DNA of 63,773 bases, taken from assembly GCA_022566725.1 (NCBI GenBank), contig JADFIM010000001.1:1-63773 (forward strand). The letters are read 5' to 3'. Positions 1 to 9,664 of this stretch are shown here, one piece after another (position 1 is the first letter of the stretch; each line of letters starts with the position of its first letter). The notes beneath the pieces were generated by a model, which did no database searches, was not told the origin of the DNA, and worked only from the letters and a program-made list of their open reading frames with translations. The translations under genes and the position numbers were made by a program. This DNA is from Planctomycetota bacterium (lineage in GTDB: Bacteria; Planctomycetota; Phycisphaerae; Phycisphaerales; SM1A02).

Positions 1-1377
1 ACCGAAGGATGGACCGCCGTTCGGCTGTTATTGTCCCGCGCGGCAACCGAGCGGCTTCCGGTGGAGCGTCGCCGAGGCGAAATCGAGATGCTCGGATGGC
101 TGGAGCTTCACCTGGACGTTGCCCCGGCGGTCATCGTGGCGGGATTCAACGATGGACGCATTCCCGCCGCGGTGACCGGCGATGCGTTCCTGCCCGACAC
201 TCTTCGGCGGCGATTGGGCCTGACCGACAACACTCGGCGCTATGCCCGTGACGCCTATATCCTCGAAGCGCTTCGCCACAGCCGGAAAGATCTGACGATT
301 GTCATGGGTCGGCATACGGCCCAGGGCGAGCCGCTGGTGCCCAGCCGGCTGCTGCTGGCCTGCGAGAGATCGCAACTTCCCGCCCGCATCGAACTGGTTT
401 GCGATGAGCAGCGGGCAAGAACCTGGCGGCAGCCGGTCGGCGTAGCGTCACCGGACCGAAGCTCGCAGTTCGAGGTGCCGCCACTGCCGCCGGACCTCCA
501 GCCACCGCAGGTGATGCGCGTGACATGGTTCCGCGAATACCTGCAATGTCCGTATCGGTTTGCCCTGCGGCGTCTGGTGGGGCTGCAAAGCAAGACCGAC
601 ACCGCGATGGAGCTGGACCCGTCGCAGTTCGGCATTCTGGCCCATGAAGTGCTGCGGGCATTCGGCGAAGAAGAAGCAATTGTGAACTCCGCCGATGCTC
701 AGGAGATCGAGGCGTTCCTTCTGGATGCGCTCCAGAAGGAAGCTCGCCAGCGATTCGGCGAGCATCCGATGTCGGCGGTGCACGTCCAAATCGCCCGGCT
801 TGCGCATCGCCTTGGATCGTTCGCAAGGTTCCAAGCGAAGCAGCGCGAAGCCGGTTGGATCATCCGACACAGCGAACTGAAGTTCACGGAGGCAAACTTC
901 CTCGATGTTCCGGGGCAGGCCCCCATGCCGATCCGCGGACGGATCGACCGAATTGACCAGCATGAAGGCACCGGCGCGTGGCGCATCATCGACTACAAGA
1001 CGGGCGATCCGGGCGAGTCGCCCTACGAGATACATCACGGCCGAAAGACGCTCCCGAAAGAGGGTGACCCGAAGTGGCAGGACCTGCAACTGCCCCTGTA
1101 CCACTTCCTCGCGGAGCAGCACGGCATGACCGGCGATGTCGAGCTCGCCTACATTGTGCTTCCCAAACAGACCGACGGGGTCACGTTGTTGGCAGCTCAG
1201 TGGGGGCAGGATCATCTGGCCGGCGCGATCGAGATTGCCCGCGAGATCGTTCGCGACATTCGAGCCGGCCGATTCGAGATGAACTTGGAGTACTCCCCGC
1301 GGTTCGACGACTTCGCCCGCATCTGCCAAGCGTTGGTCTTCGCCGAGGGCGACAGCACGGAGGAGGGTGGGTCATGA
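1..1377 (+). CDS. AddB/RexB-like helicase-nuclease subunit, C-terminal PD-(D/E)XK nuclease part (5' end outside window)
   Basis: Frame is open from nt 1 (track ORF 31..1377). Motifs CPYRFALRRLVGL, GRIDRIDQ...WRIIDYKTG and QLPLY fit a RecB-family nuclease domain. Stop overlaps the next start (ATGA at 1374-1377). Confidence 0.75.
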   Translation, partial: TEGWTAVRLLLSRAATERLPVERRRGEIEMLGWLELHLDVAPAVIVAGFNDGRIPAAVTGDAFLPDTLRRRLGLTDNTRRYARDAYILEALRHSRKDLTIVMGRHTAQGEPLVPSRLLLACERSQLPARIELVCDEQRARTWRQPVGVASPDRSSQFEVPPLPPDLQPPQVMRVTWFREYLQCPYRFALRRLVGLQSKTDTAMELDPSQFGILAHEVLRAFGEEEAIVNSADAQEIEAFLLDALQKEARQRFGEHPMSAVHVQIARLAHRLGSFARFQAKQREAGWIIRHSELKFTEANFLDVPGQAPMPIRGRIDRIDQHEGTGAWRIIDYKTGDPGESPYEIHHGRKTLPKEGDPKWQDLQLPLYHFLAEQHGMTGDVELAYIVLPKQTDGVTLLAAQWGQDHLAGAIEIAREIVRDIRAGRFEMNLEYSPRFDDFARICQALVFAEGDSTEEGGS

Positions 1378-4300
1378 CGGCCGATCGTTTCGCCCACCTG
1401 CGGATCCTCGCCTCGGCGGGGTCGGGCAAGACCTACCAACTGACCACCCGGTATCTGCAACTCCTGGCGGCCGGGGCGGATCCGAACTCCATTCTCGCCA
1501 CTACGTTCACCCGGGCGGCCGCCGGGGAGATTCGCGATCGCCTGTTGCGCGATCTGGCGGAAGCGGCGATCGACCCCAACCAGCGACGAGCTCTGGCTCA
1601 ACGACTCGACCAGACGGCCTTGAGCGAGGATGACGTGCTGGAGATCCTAGCGTCGCTAGCCGCGCAACTGCACCGGTTGCAAATCCGCACCCTGGACAGC
1701 TTCTTTGCGACGGTGGTGCGCAGCTTCGCGCTGGAGTTGGGAATTGGCGCCGAGGCCGGCATCGTCGAGCAAGAAGTCGGCCGCCGCTACCGCCGCGAAG
1801 CCGTTCGGCTGATGCTCGACGAGCGACATCCCCAGCGCCTCGTCGATCTGCTGCGCAAGCTCACCCAGGGTACCTCCGACCGCAGCGTCCTGCACGCCAT
1901 CGATCGAACCGTCGAGGGCTTGTATGCGCTGTACCGGGAGGCCGATCAATCGGCATGGGAGCAAATCGAGGCCCCGCCGCGGCTGCGCGAGGATCAAGTC
2001 AACGACGCCATCCACCATCTTGCCGAATGCGCCGTACCCAGCCACAAGAACTTCGCCAAGGGACACGCCAACGACGTGCACAGAGCGTGGGCACGCGAGT
2101 GGGAAGAGTTTGTAGCCAAAGGGTTGGGCTCGAAGATCATCCAGGGACAGCCCAACTATTACGGCTTGGACATCAACTCGCAGCTTGTCGAGGCCTACCA
2201 GCCGCTGCTTCGGCACGCCAAGGCTGTGCTGCTAGGTCGCGTGCGCGACCAGACCATCGCCACACGCAAGCTGCTTGAGCTGTACCACCGTCACTACGAG
2301 CAGGTCAAGCGCCGCGGGAGGGCGATGACCTTTGATGACGTGACCCATGCCATGGCCGGGGCCAACGAACGCGGCAGCCTGGATGAAATCTGCTTCCGTA
2401 TCGACGCCAAACTGCACCACCTGCTGCTGGATGAGTTCCAGGACACGAGCATTCAGCAATGGCGGGCGCTGCAACCGATCGTCGACGAAATCATCTCTCA
2501 CCAGACAACGAAGCGCACGTTCTTCTGCGTGGGCGACGCCAAACAGTCAATCTATGGCTGGCGCGACGCATCGCCTGAGGTCCTCGACGAGATTCCCCGC
2601 CTGTTGCGGGGACCCGATGGTCGTAGCGCCGTTGTGGATCGGCATCTCGCCAAGAGCTACCGCTCCTCGCAGATCATCATCGACGTCGTCAATCGCGTCT
2701 TCACCAGGCTGAGCGACAACCCGGCGCTGAACGACTACCCGGACGCGGCGAACATCTGGGCAAAACAGTTCCGCAAGCACGAGACGGCCAAGGAGCTGCC
2801 GGGCTATGCTCAACTCCTTGTCGCTCCGAGAACTGGCGAAGGCGAGAAGCAGGATCTCGTGCGTCTTCAATGTGCGGCTGATCTGGTGGCGAAGCTTCAC
2901 CGCGCAGCGCCGCTGCGATCCATCGGCGTACTGACGCGGACCAACCCAGGCGTGGCCCGCATGATGTACGAGCTCGGCCCGACGTGCCGAAAGACGCCCG
3001 CCACCGGCCGCGGAGGCCTGCCCCTGACCGATTCGGCCGCGGTGAACACGGTGCTCGATCTGCTGCGTCTCACCGACCACCCGGACGACACGATCTCGGC
3101 GTACAACGTGCGGCACTCGCCCCTTGGCTCGCTGATCGGGTTGACGACCCTGGAGCCGCGGCGCTGTCACACGGTGGCCCGCGAGGTGCGCCGGGACCTG
3201 CTGAGGGACGGGTACGCGTTGACCATCGCACGATGGGTCGGCCGCCTCGCGCCGGCGTGCGACCAACGCCAACTGCGGCGCCTCCTGGAGCTGGTGGAGT
3301 TGGCCGGCCTGTATGACGCCGACAGCACACAGCGCGCCGACGACTTTGTCGCCTGCGTTGAAATGCGGCAGATGCCCGATGCCGCACCCTCCACGATCGA
3401 GGTGATGACGATCCACCAGGCCAAGGGTCTGGAGTTTGACATCGTCGTCCTGCCTCAGCTGGACGGCCGACAAGGTCAACTTACCGGCAACAAGCCGCCC
3501 CCCGTGGTGTTCGAGCGGGAGAGTCCGACCGGGCACATCACGCGGATCTGCCGCTATATGAAGCACGAAACGCTGGCCCTAGCCCCGCAACTGCAACCGA
3601 TGTTCACCTCTCACATTCAGCGCACGGTGCGCGAAAGCTTGTCGCTGCTCTACGTGGCGATGACCCGCGCCCGCCACGCCTTGCACCTCGTGATCGATCC
3701 CCCGCGCGCCAATGAGAGGTCGATCCCAAGGACACTCGCCGGTGTCCTGCGCAGCGCCTTGGCCGATGGTCCGCTTGAGCCGGGGCAATGTGCCTACGCC
3801 CACGGTGACCCGAACTGGCTCGGCGTTGCCCAACGTCCTGAAGCGCCCATTGAACCAGAACCGACCGACAAGATCACCATTGGCCTCGCGCCGTCAACGG
3901 GTCCGGTTGTGCATGCAGCGGTCAGCCCTTCCAAGCTTGCCCAGCGGGACCTGGCTTCGGCACTGAGCTTCCCGGACGACGAGGCACTTCAGCGGGGTGC
4001 GGTCATCCACGACATGTTCCAACAGGTCGAGTGGCTTGAGGATTGGCAGCCAGATCAGGACTCGCTGCAAATGGTCGCCAGGCGAGTGGCCGCGCGGCGC
4101 GGCGAGGACTGGGCACAACGGCAGGTCGAGTCGTTCCTGAGGATGGTCGAACGCCCGGCAGTACACGCGGCCCTCTCGTACGGCGATCGTGAACCCTCGA
4201 CCCTTCGACTGTGGCGCGAGCATCCGTACGCCCGGCTTGTTGATGGCGCGGTACAGCGCGGAGCGATCGACCGCTTGGAAGCCCGGTACGACAAGGGGAA

Positions 4301-4496
4301 GCTGCGAGCGGCTTCGATCATCGATTTCAAGATCGACGACATCGATCCGAGCGAGGCGCCAGCCAGAGCCGAGCGGTATCGACCGCAGCTTGAGGCGTAT
4401 CGAGACGCCGCGGCCGAGATGCTTCGGACGGACCCCGCCGCGGTGAAAATGATCGTGCTATTCGTCACCGCGGGCGAAGCAGTTGTCCTGCCATAA
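1374..4496 (+). CDS. UvrD/Rep-family ATP-dependent helicase with C-terminal RecB-type nuclease (AddA-like)
   Basis: Walker A ASAGSGKTY, DEFQDTS, VGDAKQSIYGWR, TIHQAKGLEFD and VAMTRAR helicase motifs; C-terminal IIDFK...QLEAYR nuclease motif. Start set at ATG 1374 (in frame with track ORF 1074..4496), because the upstream part lies inside the previous gene. Confidence 0.85.
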   Translation: MTADRFAHLRILASAGSGKTYQLTTRYLQLLAAGADPNSILATTFTRAAAGEIRDRLLRDLAEAAIDPNQRRALAQRLDQTALSEDDVLEILASLAAQLHRLQIRTLDSFFATVVRSFALELGIGAEAGIVEQEVGRRYRREAVRLMLDERHPQRLVDLLRKLTQGTSDRSVLHAIDRTVEGLYALYREADQSAWEQIEAPPRLREDQVNDAIHHLAECAVPSHKNFAKGHANDVHRAWAREWEEFVAKGLGSKIIQGQPNYYGLDINSQLVEAYQPLLRHAKAVLLGRVRDQTIATRKLLELYHRHYEQVKRRGRAMTFDDVTHAMAGANERGSLDEICFRIDAKLHHLLLDEFQDTSIQQWRALQPIVDEIISHQTTKRTFFCVGDAKQSIYGWRDASPEVLDEIPRLLRGPDGRSAVVDRHLAKSYRSSQIIIDVVNRVFTRLSDNPALNDYPDAANIWAKQFRKHETAKELPGYAQLLVAPRTGEGEKQDLVRLQCAADLVAKLHRAAPLRSIGVLTRTNPGVARMMYELGPTCRKTPATGRGGLPLTDSAAVNTVLDLLRLTDHPDDTISAYNVRHSPLGSLIGLTTLEPRRCHTVAREVRRDLLRDGYALTIARWVGRLAPACDQRQLRRLLELVELAGLYDADSTQRADDFVACVEMRQMPDAAPSTIEVMTIHQAKGLEFDIVVLPQLDGRQGQLTGNKPPPVVFERESPTGHITRICRYMKHETLALAPQLQPMFTSHIQRTVRESLSLLYVAMTRARHALHLVIDPPRANERSIPRTLAGVLRSALADGPLEPGQCAYAHGDPNWLGVAQRPEAPIEPEPTDKITIGLAPSTGPVVHAAVSPSKLAQRDLASALSFPDDEALQRGAVIHDMFQQVEWLEDWQPDQDSLQMVARRVAARRGEDWAQRQVESFLRMVERPAVHAALSYGDREPSTLRLWREHPYARLVDGAVQRGAIDRLEARYDKGKLRAASIIDFKIDDIDPSEAPARAERYRPQLEAYRDAAAEMLRTDPAAVKMIVLFVTAGEAVVLP

Positions 4497-4535
4497 CGCC
4501 CAAGCCAGCACAACCGGGTCAGGTCCGGTTTCCAT

Positions 4536-6059
4536 TCAGTGGTTCCAGCTGCGGGCGATCAAATGCAGCTCGGCATCGATCCCCGGGCGGCTGCGCTGCT
4601 GGATCGGGATCGCAAACATGACGGCTCCGTCGCGTTCGGTCGGTTCCACCCGCCGCGTTGTGCGATTGGGCGTCTTGGAGTCCAGCCCGTAACGCAGCGT
4701 CCAATGGCCGGCTGGGCCGGCCGATCGCGTGATCTGGAAGTTGAGCTTGTCGCGAAACAGATACCCCCCGTCGTAATGGTCATCGAACCACAGGGCATTG
4801 TCGATCTCGTAATGCGGCACCAGCACACCCAAGTCAACGCTGAAACCCAGCGACGGGCGGCGGGAATTCACCCGAGCCCGGGCGCTGAGAAAGGTCGAGA
4901 ACAAGTACGGGCAGCGTGATTCAGCATCCGGACCCCTGAGCATCTCGTCAAACCTGCGGAAGATTGCGGAGTGCTCGGCGACGGTTCGGCGATGCAGGTC
5001 CCAGGACGCCCCGCGAGTGCGTATCACGACCTCGAAGTGGTACGATGCGCGAATCGTCTTTCCCCTGTCGAACGCGCGCTGGAGAGCCCAAGGCAACCGA
5101 AGGTCCTGGACGATCAGCTTGCCATCAACCCGCACATCGCCGAACAGAAAGCGGACCAGGTTCTGATAGCCCTCCTCGGAGTTGACGATGCCGTAGTCAC
5201 CGCTGTGGCTGCGGTGGACGAAGGCTCGCGGGGCGCTGCGGACCGAGGCGTTCTTGATTCGCACCAGGCCATCGCTCATCGGGCCGACCACTCGCCGGGC
5301 CCATCCCCCCGCCGACTCATCATCGCGATCGTTCGTCCCGACCAGACAGAAGAAACGTTTCGGATCGAACCAGCCGCCCAGCTCATCCACCCTCGATGGT
5401 TCGCCGGCCAGGTCAAGATACTCGGCCATCCGCGCGCGGTTGAAGCTGTCGGCGTTGTTGAGCCCGAAGATTCCCGGGACATTGCCAATCACGTTCAGAT
5501 CGATCCCGTTGTGGGGGGTCGCGTAGGTGAAGACCTTGTCCACGAGGCGCTTGGCGTTATCCGTGCCGATGCGGGGGTTCTGAAGGAAGCATCTGCAGAT
5601 CAGCCCGCCCATCGAGTGCGCGACGAGGTACACGCGACACGCACTGCGTGCGCTGGAATCATCACCGCAGACCGCATCGCGCACCCGCAAGATGAAGTCG
5701 CTGAGCCCCTGGGCATAGGTCTCGATCTCAGGTCGCTCGCCGGTGCCCAGATCGCCCGACACCTGATCGTAGTAGCGATACACGAACACGCTGCGGCCGC
5801 CGACGGACCGGCCGTCGCCAAATTGGGCCCCCTCGTGGTACGCGTCGTGGTAGCCGTGATCTTTCATCAGCCGAATTAGTGGAGATTCGAAAATGTGGCG
5901 CACCACCTCGCCGGTCCACCGCTGCCTGATCTTGGTCGAGCCGCGATTGAAGCCCATGTAGGGCGTGGCCACGGTCTGCTCCACGGACGACTCGGTTGCG
6001 GCGTATCCGCGCACATAAATGATTGGGTGGTAGGGCGGCTGAATACAAGGGGTCGGCAT
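4536..6059 (-). CDS. alpha/beta-hydrolase (PGAP1/DUF676-like esterase-lipase) with uncharacterised ~250-aa C-terminal domain
   Basis: GxSxG nucleophile elbow in VYLVAHSMGGLICR, followed by TYATPHNG. Start chosen at MPTPCIQ (ATG at 6059), preceded by GGAGAA; track ORF extends to 6227. Confidence 0.6.
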   Translation of the reverse strand: MPTPCIQPPYHPIIYVRGYAATESSVEQTVATPYMGFNRGSTKIRQRWTGEVVRHIFESPLIRLMKDHGYHDAYHEGAQFGDGRSVGGRSVFVYRYYDQVSGDLGTGERPEIETYAQGLSDFILRVRDAVCGDDSSARSACRVYLVAHSMGGLICRCFLQNPRIGTDNAKRLVDKVFTYATPHNGIDLNVIGNVPGIFGLNNADSFNRARMAEYLDLAGEPSRVDELGGWFDPKRFFCLVGTNDRDDESAGGWARRVVGPMSDGLVRIKNASVRSAPRAFVHRSHSGDYGIVNSEEGYQNLVRFLFGDVRVDGKLIVQDLRLPWALQRAFDRGKTIRASYHFEVVIRTRGASWDLHRRTVAEHSAIFRRFDEMLRGPDAESRCPYLFSTFLSARARVNSRRPSLGFSVDLGVLVPHYEIDNALWFDDHYDGGYLFRDKLNFQITRSAGPAGHWTLRYGLDSKTPNRTTRRVEPTERDGAVMFAIPIQQRSRPGIDAELHLIARSWNH

Positions 6060-6261
6060 ACTCGATTCTCCGAGGAGGCGTCCTCCCATCGCCAGGCGGG
6101 CTGTGACCCGGCTGCGGTCGCAATGACCGGGCCTCCCCGTATATCCCGCCCGCGGACGCCGCGGCGCGCGCCAATCTGGGCGTCGCGGCAGCTTCCGTGG
6201 TTCGTGATACAATTCACAGGCTCGCATACTGACTGCGATTCGCCATCATTCGAGGCCGCGC

Positions 6262-7914
6262 ATGCCCAGCATCACCATCAACGGCAAGGTCTGCGACTTC
6301 CAGCCGGGGCAGATGATTCTTCAAGTTGCCCTGGACAATGAGATCGAGATCCCGCACTACTGCTACCACCCCGGGCTGTCGATCGTGGCGAACTGCCGGA
6401 TCTGTCTGGCCGAGGTGTGGGCCCCCAACCCTCGCCACGACCACAAGCTCGAGCCCATTCCCAAGCTGCTGCCGACCTGCCAGGCCACCGCCGGCGAAGG
6501 CCAGGTCGTCTACACCGACAGCCCCAAGGCGATCGCCAATCAGCGGGCCGTCATGGAATACCTGCTGATCAACCACCCGGTGGACTGCCCGGTCTGCGAC
6601 CAGGCCGGGGAGTGCTACCTTCAGGACTACTCCTATCAGTACGGCCGGGGCGTATCGCGCTTCCATGAGCAGAAGATCAAACAGCCCAAGAAGGAGCTCG
6701 GCCCCAACGTCCTGCTATACATGGACCGCTGCATCATGTGCACTCGGTGCGTCCGGTTCTGCCGGGAGGTCACCGGCACCAGCGAGATCGTCGTGCAGGA
6801 TCGCGGCGCGCATTCGCAGATCGACGTGTTCCCCGGCCTCGCCCTGGACAACGAGCTCAGCGCCAACGTCATTGACCTGTGCCCGGTTGGAGCACTTCTC
6901 GACAAGGACTTCCTCTTTCAGCAACGGGTGTGGTACCTCACCAAGACCCCTTCGATCGACGGCATCACCTGCTCCGGCGACAACATCTTCATCGAGCACA
7001 ACAAGGGTCGGGTCTACCGCATCAAGCCTCGCACCAACCTGGAAATCAACAAATGGTGGATTACGGACGAGGTCCGCTACGGCTGGAAGTTCGTGCACGA
7101 TGAGAGCCGCCTGACCCTGCCGGCCGTGCGCGGCGAGGATCAATACCAGGCGACCGAAGCGCCCCTGGCCTATGAAGCGGCGTATGCGAAAGTCAACGAC
7201 GCCTTGCAGCGGGCGAACCACATCGGCGTGATGATCAGCCCGATGCTGAGCTGTGAAGAGGCGTATTTGTTCGCAACGTATGTGCTGCAACATGACGCCG
7301 AGGCCACCTTCGCCGTCGGCCCGATCCCGCGCCACGGCGAGCCCAAGACGTTTCCCGGCGGGTTCACCCTGTATGCCGAGAAGGCCCCCAATGCCCGGGG
7401 CGTGCGGCGCGTGCTTGAGCGGGTCACCGCCAACGTGCTCGACTTCAACGCCCTCCTCGGCCGGTTGCGCAGCGATTCCAGTATCCAAGCCATGCTCCTG
7501 ACCGGCAACTACCCCAGCAACTGGGTCAATGATGAGTTTCTGGACGCGATCGACAGCACCGATGATCGTTTCGTAGGGCTCATCGACACACTGCCCAACG
7601 CCCTCGTCGAGCGGGCCGATGTGCTGATCCCCGGCGCGACCTGGGTGGAGAAAGCGGGCACGTTCGAGAACGTCAACGGCCGGCTCCAGGCGTTCGAGCG
7701 GGCCATCGAGCCGATGGACTACTGCAAGAACGAAGCGCAGATCGCACTGGACCTGACCGCCGATTGCCTCGGCGAGTCCCCGTCCGTGTTCAACCCCGCC
7801 GCGACCCGCCAGGCAATGGCCGACACGCACGGCCTGAAGGAGTTCCTCACCGACGTGCATCTCCCGGCCGGGATTGAGATGATCGAATCCGACATGGCGG
7901 TGGTCGAGCTGTAA
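6262..7914 (+). CDS. NADH-quinone oxidoreductase subunit G-like Fe-S protein
   Basis: N-terminal 2Fe-2S ferredoxin fold (ITINGK...CYHPGLSIVANCRICLAEV), HPVDCPVCDQAGEC and CIMCTRCVRFC clusters, then a molybdopterin-oxidoreductase-like domain. It stands alone with no other nuo genes nearby. Confidence 0.75.
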   Translation: MPSITINGKVCDFQPGQMILQVALDNEIEIPHYCYHPGLSIVANCRICLAEVWAPNPRHDHKLEPIPKLLPTCQATAGEGQVVYTDSPKAIANQRAVMEYLLINHPVDCPVCDQAGECYLQDYSYQYGRGVSRFHEQKIKQPKKELGPNVLLYMDRCIMCTRCVRFCREVTGTSEIVVQDRGAHSQIDVFPGLALDNELSANVIDLCPVGALLDKDFLFQQRVWYLTKTPSIDGITCSGDNIFIEHNKGRVYRIKPRTNLEINKWWITDEVRYGWKFVHDESRLTLPAVRGEDQYQATEAPLAYEAAYAKVNDALQRANHIGVMISPMLSCEEAYLFATYVLQHDAEATFAVGPIPRHGEPKTFPGGFTLYAEKAPNARGVRRVLERVTANVLDFNALLGRLRSDSSIQAMLLTGNYPSNWVNDEFLDAIDSTDDRFVGLIDTLPNALVERADVLIPGATWVEKAGTFENVNGRLQAFERAIEPMDYCKNEAQIALDLTADCLGESPSVFNPAATRQAMADTHGLKEFLTDVHLPAGIEMIESDMAVVEL

Positions 7915-7915
7915 A

Positions 7916-8156
7916 TGTTTACCCGCGGCCGCCAAGCCGCGCATCAGGCGTCGAGCGAAGAAGTTGTAAAGCCGCGACCATTGGTCGCGGTGCTTTGCCA
8001 CACGCCGCACGCGAGCGGTCTTAGCGAGCCCCACAGCGCCGCCGTTTAGCCGCCGGTCGCAGACCGGCGCGCTGCTGTGTCAAGCGTTTAGCCGCCGGCC
8101 TTGGCCCGCCGGGTCGCTCGGGTCGAACGCCCCGCGGGTTTCCACCCGCGGCTAAC
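7916..8156. repeat. cluster of five REP-like units (TGTTTAGCC/TGTAAAGCC + GC-rich hairpin) filling a convergent intergenic region
   Basis: Units at 7916-7942, 7965-7998, 8044-8069 and 8086-8113, plus an inverted unit at 8130-8156. Each has a TTTA/TAAA-GCC head and a 6-8 bp GC stem, e.g. GCCGGTC-GCA-GACCGGC and CCGCGGGT-TTCC-ACCCGCGG. Confidence 0.7.
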
Positions 8157-8176
8157 AAAACCCTGCCGCTTCCTTG

Positions 8177-9559
8177 CTACTTCGCCACGGTGACCACGCG
8201 GGGCTGGGTGAACTGGCGGTGGCCTTCTTTGCCGGAGTGGTAGCCGAAGCCGGATTGCTTGGCCCCGACCCAGGGCGAGCCGGTCGCTCCGCCACAACTC
8301 TTGTTGATCCCGATCATTCCGGCGTCGAGCCGGCGGGCGACATCGGCGGCCCGTTGCTCATCGCCGCCGAAAACCACGGCGCCCAGCCCAAACGGCGTGT
8401 CGTTGGCGAGCCTGACCGCTTCATTGACATCATCGAAGCGGGCGATGCAGGCCACCGGCCCGAACGTTTCGCTGCGCATGATGTCCATCTCGTGCGTCAC
8501 GTCGCCCAGCACGGTGGGCATGATGAAGCCGCCGTGATGACCCTCGCCCCCGGCGATCACACGCGCACCGTCCTTCACCGCGTCCTCGATCTGGGCCAGG
8601 ACGTGGTCGCGCTGCCTGCGGTTGATCATTGGGCCGACGGTCACGCCCTCTTCGGTGCCTTGGCCCACCTTCTGCTCGCCGGTGAGCTTGACCACCTCGG
8701 CCTCGAACGCGTCTGCGATCTCGTCGGCAACGTAGATGCGCTCGGTGCTGACACAGACCTGCCCGGCGTTGCGAAAGCTGTTGCGCACCGCGAACTCGGC
8801 CGCGGCCCCGATGTCGGCATCTTCCAGCACGATCATCGGATCCTTGCCGCCGAGCTCGAGAATGACGCGCTTCAGCCCGGAGCTTGCGGCGCTCAGGATG
8901 TGTTTGCCCGCTTCCCGCGAGCCGGTGAACGCGATAAGGTCAACATCAGCTTGCACCAATGCTTTGCCCTGCTCATCGGCCCCGTGGACGATCTGCAGCA
9001 CGTGCTTCGGCAGAGCCTCATTGAGCGCATCGACATACGCCTGGGCGATCAACGGCGTCTCTTCGGACGGCTTGAGCACGACGGTGTTGCCTGCCATCAG
9101 GGCCGGGATCACCATCCAATGCGGCATCGACAGCGGAAAGTTCCACGGCGTGATGGCCACGCAGACGCCCAGCGGATCGTGATAGACGAACGACTTCGCT
9201 TTGTCGTCTTCCAGGACGTCCGGCTGCAGGGCATCGACGATCTCCCGCAGCGTAGCCTCCAAGGACTCGCCGCAGTGCTTGATCTCCCCGACCGCTTCGG
9301 GCAGGGGTTTGCCCATCTCGCGCATCAGCAGCCGGCCAAGGTCGTCCGCCCGATTAACGAGCTGCGTCCCGACCGGCAGCATCGTCTGCATTCGCTTTTC
9401 CAGACCAAGGTCTCGCCAGGCCGGTTGGGCGGCCCGGGCGCGGGCGACGATGTTTGGAATCTCACCAATCGGCGTGATCGGCACTTCGCCGACGACCTCG
9501 CCGGTGGCGGGATTCAGGGACTTCAGCGTTCCGATTGGGGGCGCGGTGAGCGTGGTCAT
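8177..9559 (-). CDS. NAD(P)-dependent aldehyde dehydrogenase
   Basis: ELGGKDP glutamate motif and catalytic Cys context FRNAGQVCVSTERIYV; length 460 aa. Confidence 0.9.
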   Translation of the reverse strand: MTTLTAPPIGTLKSLNPATGEVVGEVPITPIGEIPNIVARARAAQPAWRDLGLEKRMQTMLPVGTQLVNRADDLGRLLMREMGKPLPEAVGEIKHCGESLEATLREIVDALQPDVLEDDKAKSFVYHDPLGVCVAITPWNFPLSMPHWMVIPALMAGNTVVLKPSEETPLIAQAYVDALNEALPKHVLQIVHGADEQGKALVQADVDLIAFTGSREAGKHILSAASSGLKRVILELGGKDPMIVLEDADIGAAAEFAVRNSFRNAGQVCVSTERIYVADEIADAFEAEVVKLTGEQKVGQGTEEGVTVGPMINRRQRDHVLAQIEDAVKDGARVIAGGEGHHGGFIMPTVLGDVTHEMDIMRSETFGPVACIARFDDVNEAVRLANDTPFGLGAVVFGGDEQRAADVARRLDAGMIGINKSCGGATGSPWVGAKQSGFGYHSGKEGHRQFTQPRVVTVAK

Positions 9560-9620
9560 TGCAGATTGTCCTTTCGCAGGATATGCGACATTGTAGGGCG
9601 GGGCGCTGGCGGTGGGTGAT

Positions 9621-9664
9621 GCGCGGCCTGGCGGCCGCGGCTAAACAGGGCCGGACGCTAAACA
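9621..9664 (-). repeat. two tandem TGTTTAGC REP-like units, the first supplying the panC stop codon
   Basis: The minus strand reads CCCTGTTTAGCGTCCGG CCCTGTTTAGCCGCGGCC-GCCA-GGCCGC. The TAG of the first unit (9658-9660) is the panC stop. Confidence 0.6.

Noticed and set aside
1-4496. AddAB-like pair as a candidate phage-defence helicase-nuclease system
   Set aside because: The architecture (AddB nuclease subunit plus UvrD-like AddA with a RecB nuclease, translationally coupled) is that of the housekeeping double-strand-break repair enzyme. No defence-specific partner is present.
6715-8034. 439-aa minus-strand ORF antisense to the NuoG-like gene, and 19070..20119 + antisense to DAHP synthase
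   Set aside because: Same reasoning: the opposite strand carries family-defining motifs.
8174-9619. 481-aa plus-strand ORF covering the aldehyde dehydrogenase locus
   Set aside because: It is a mirror ORF of a high-GC gene. The translation is low-complexity (G/A/R/H-rich) with no motifs, whereas the minus strand carries clear ALDH catalytic motifs.
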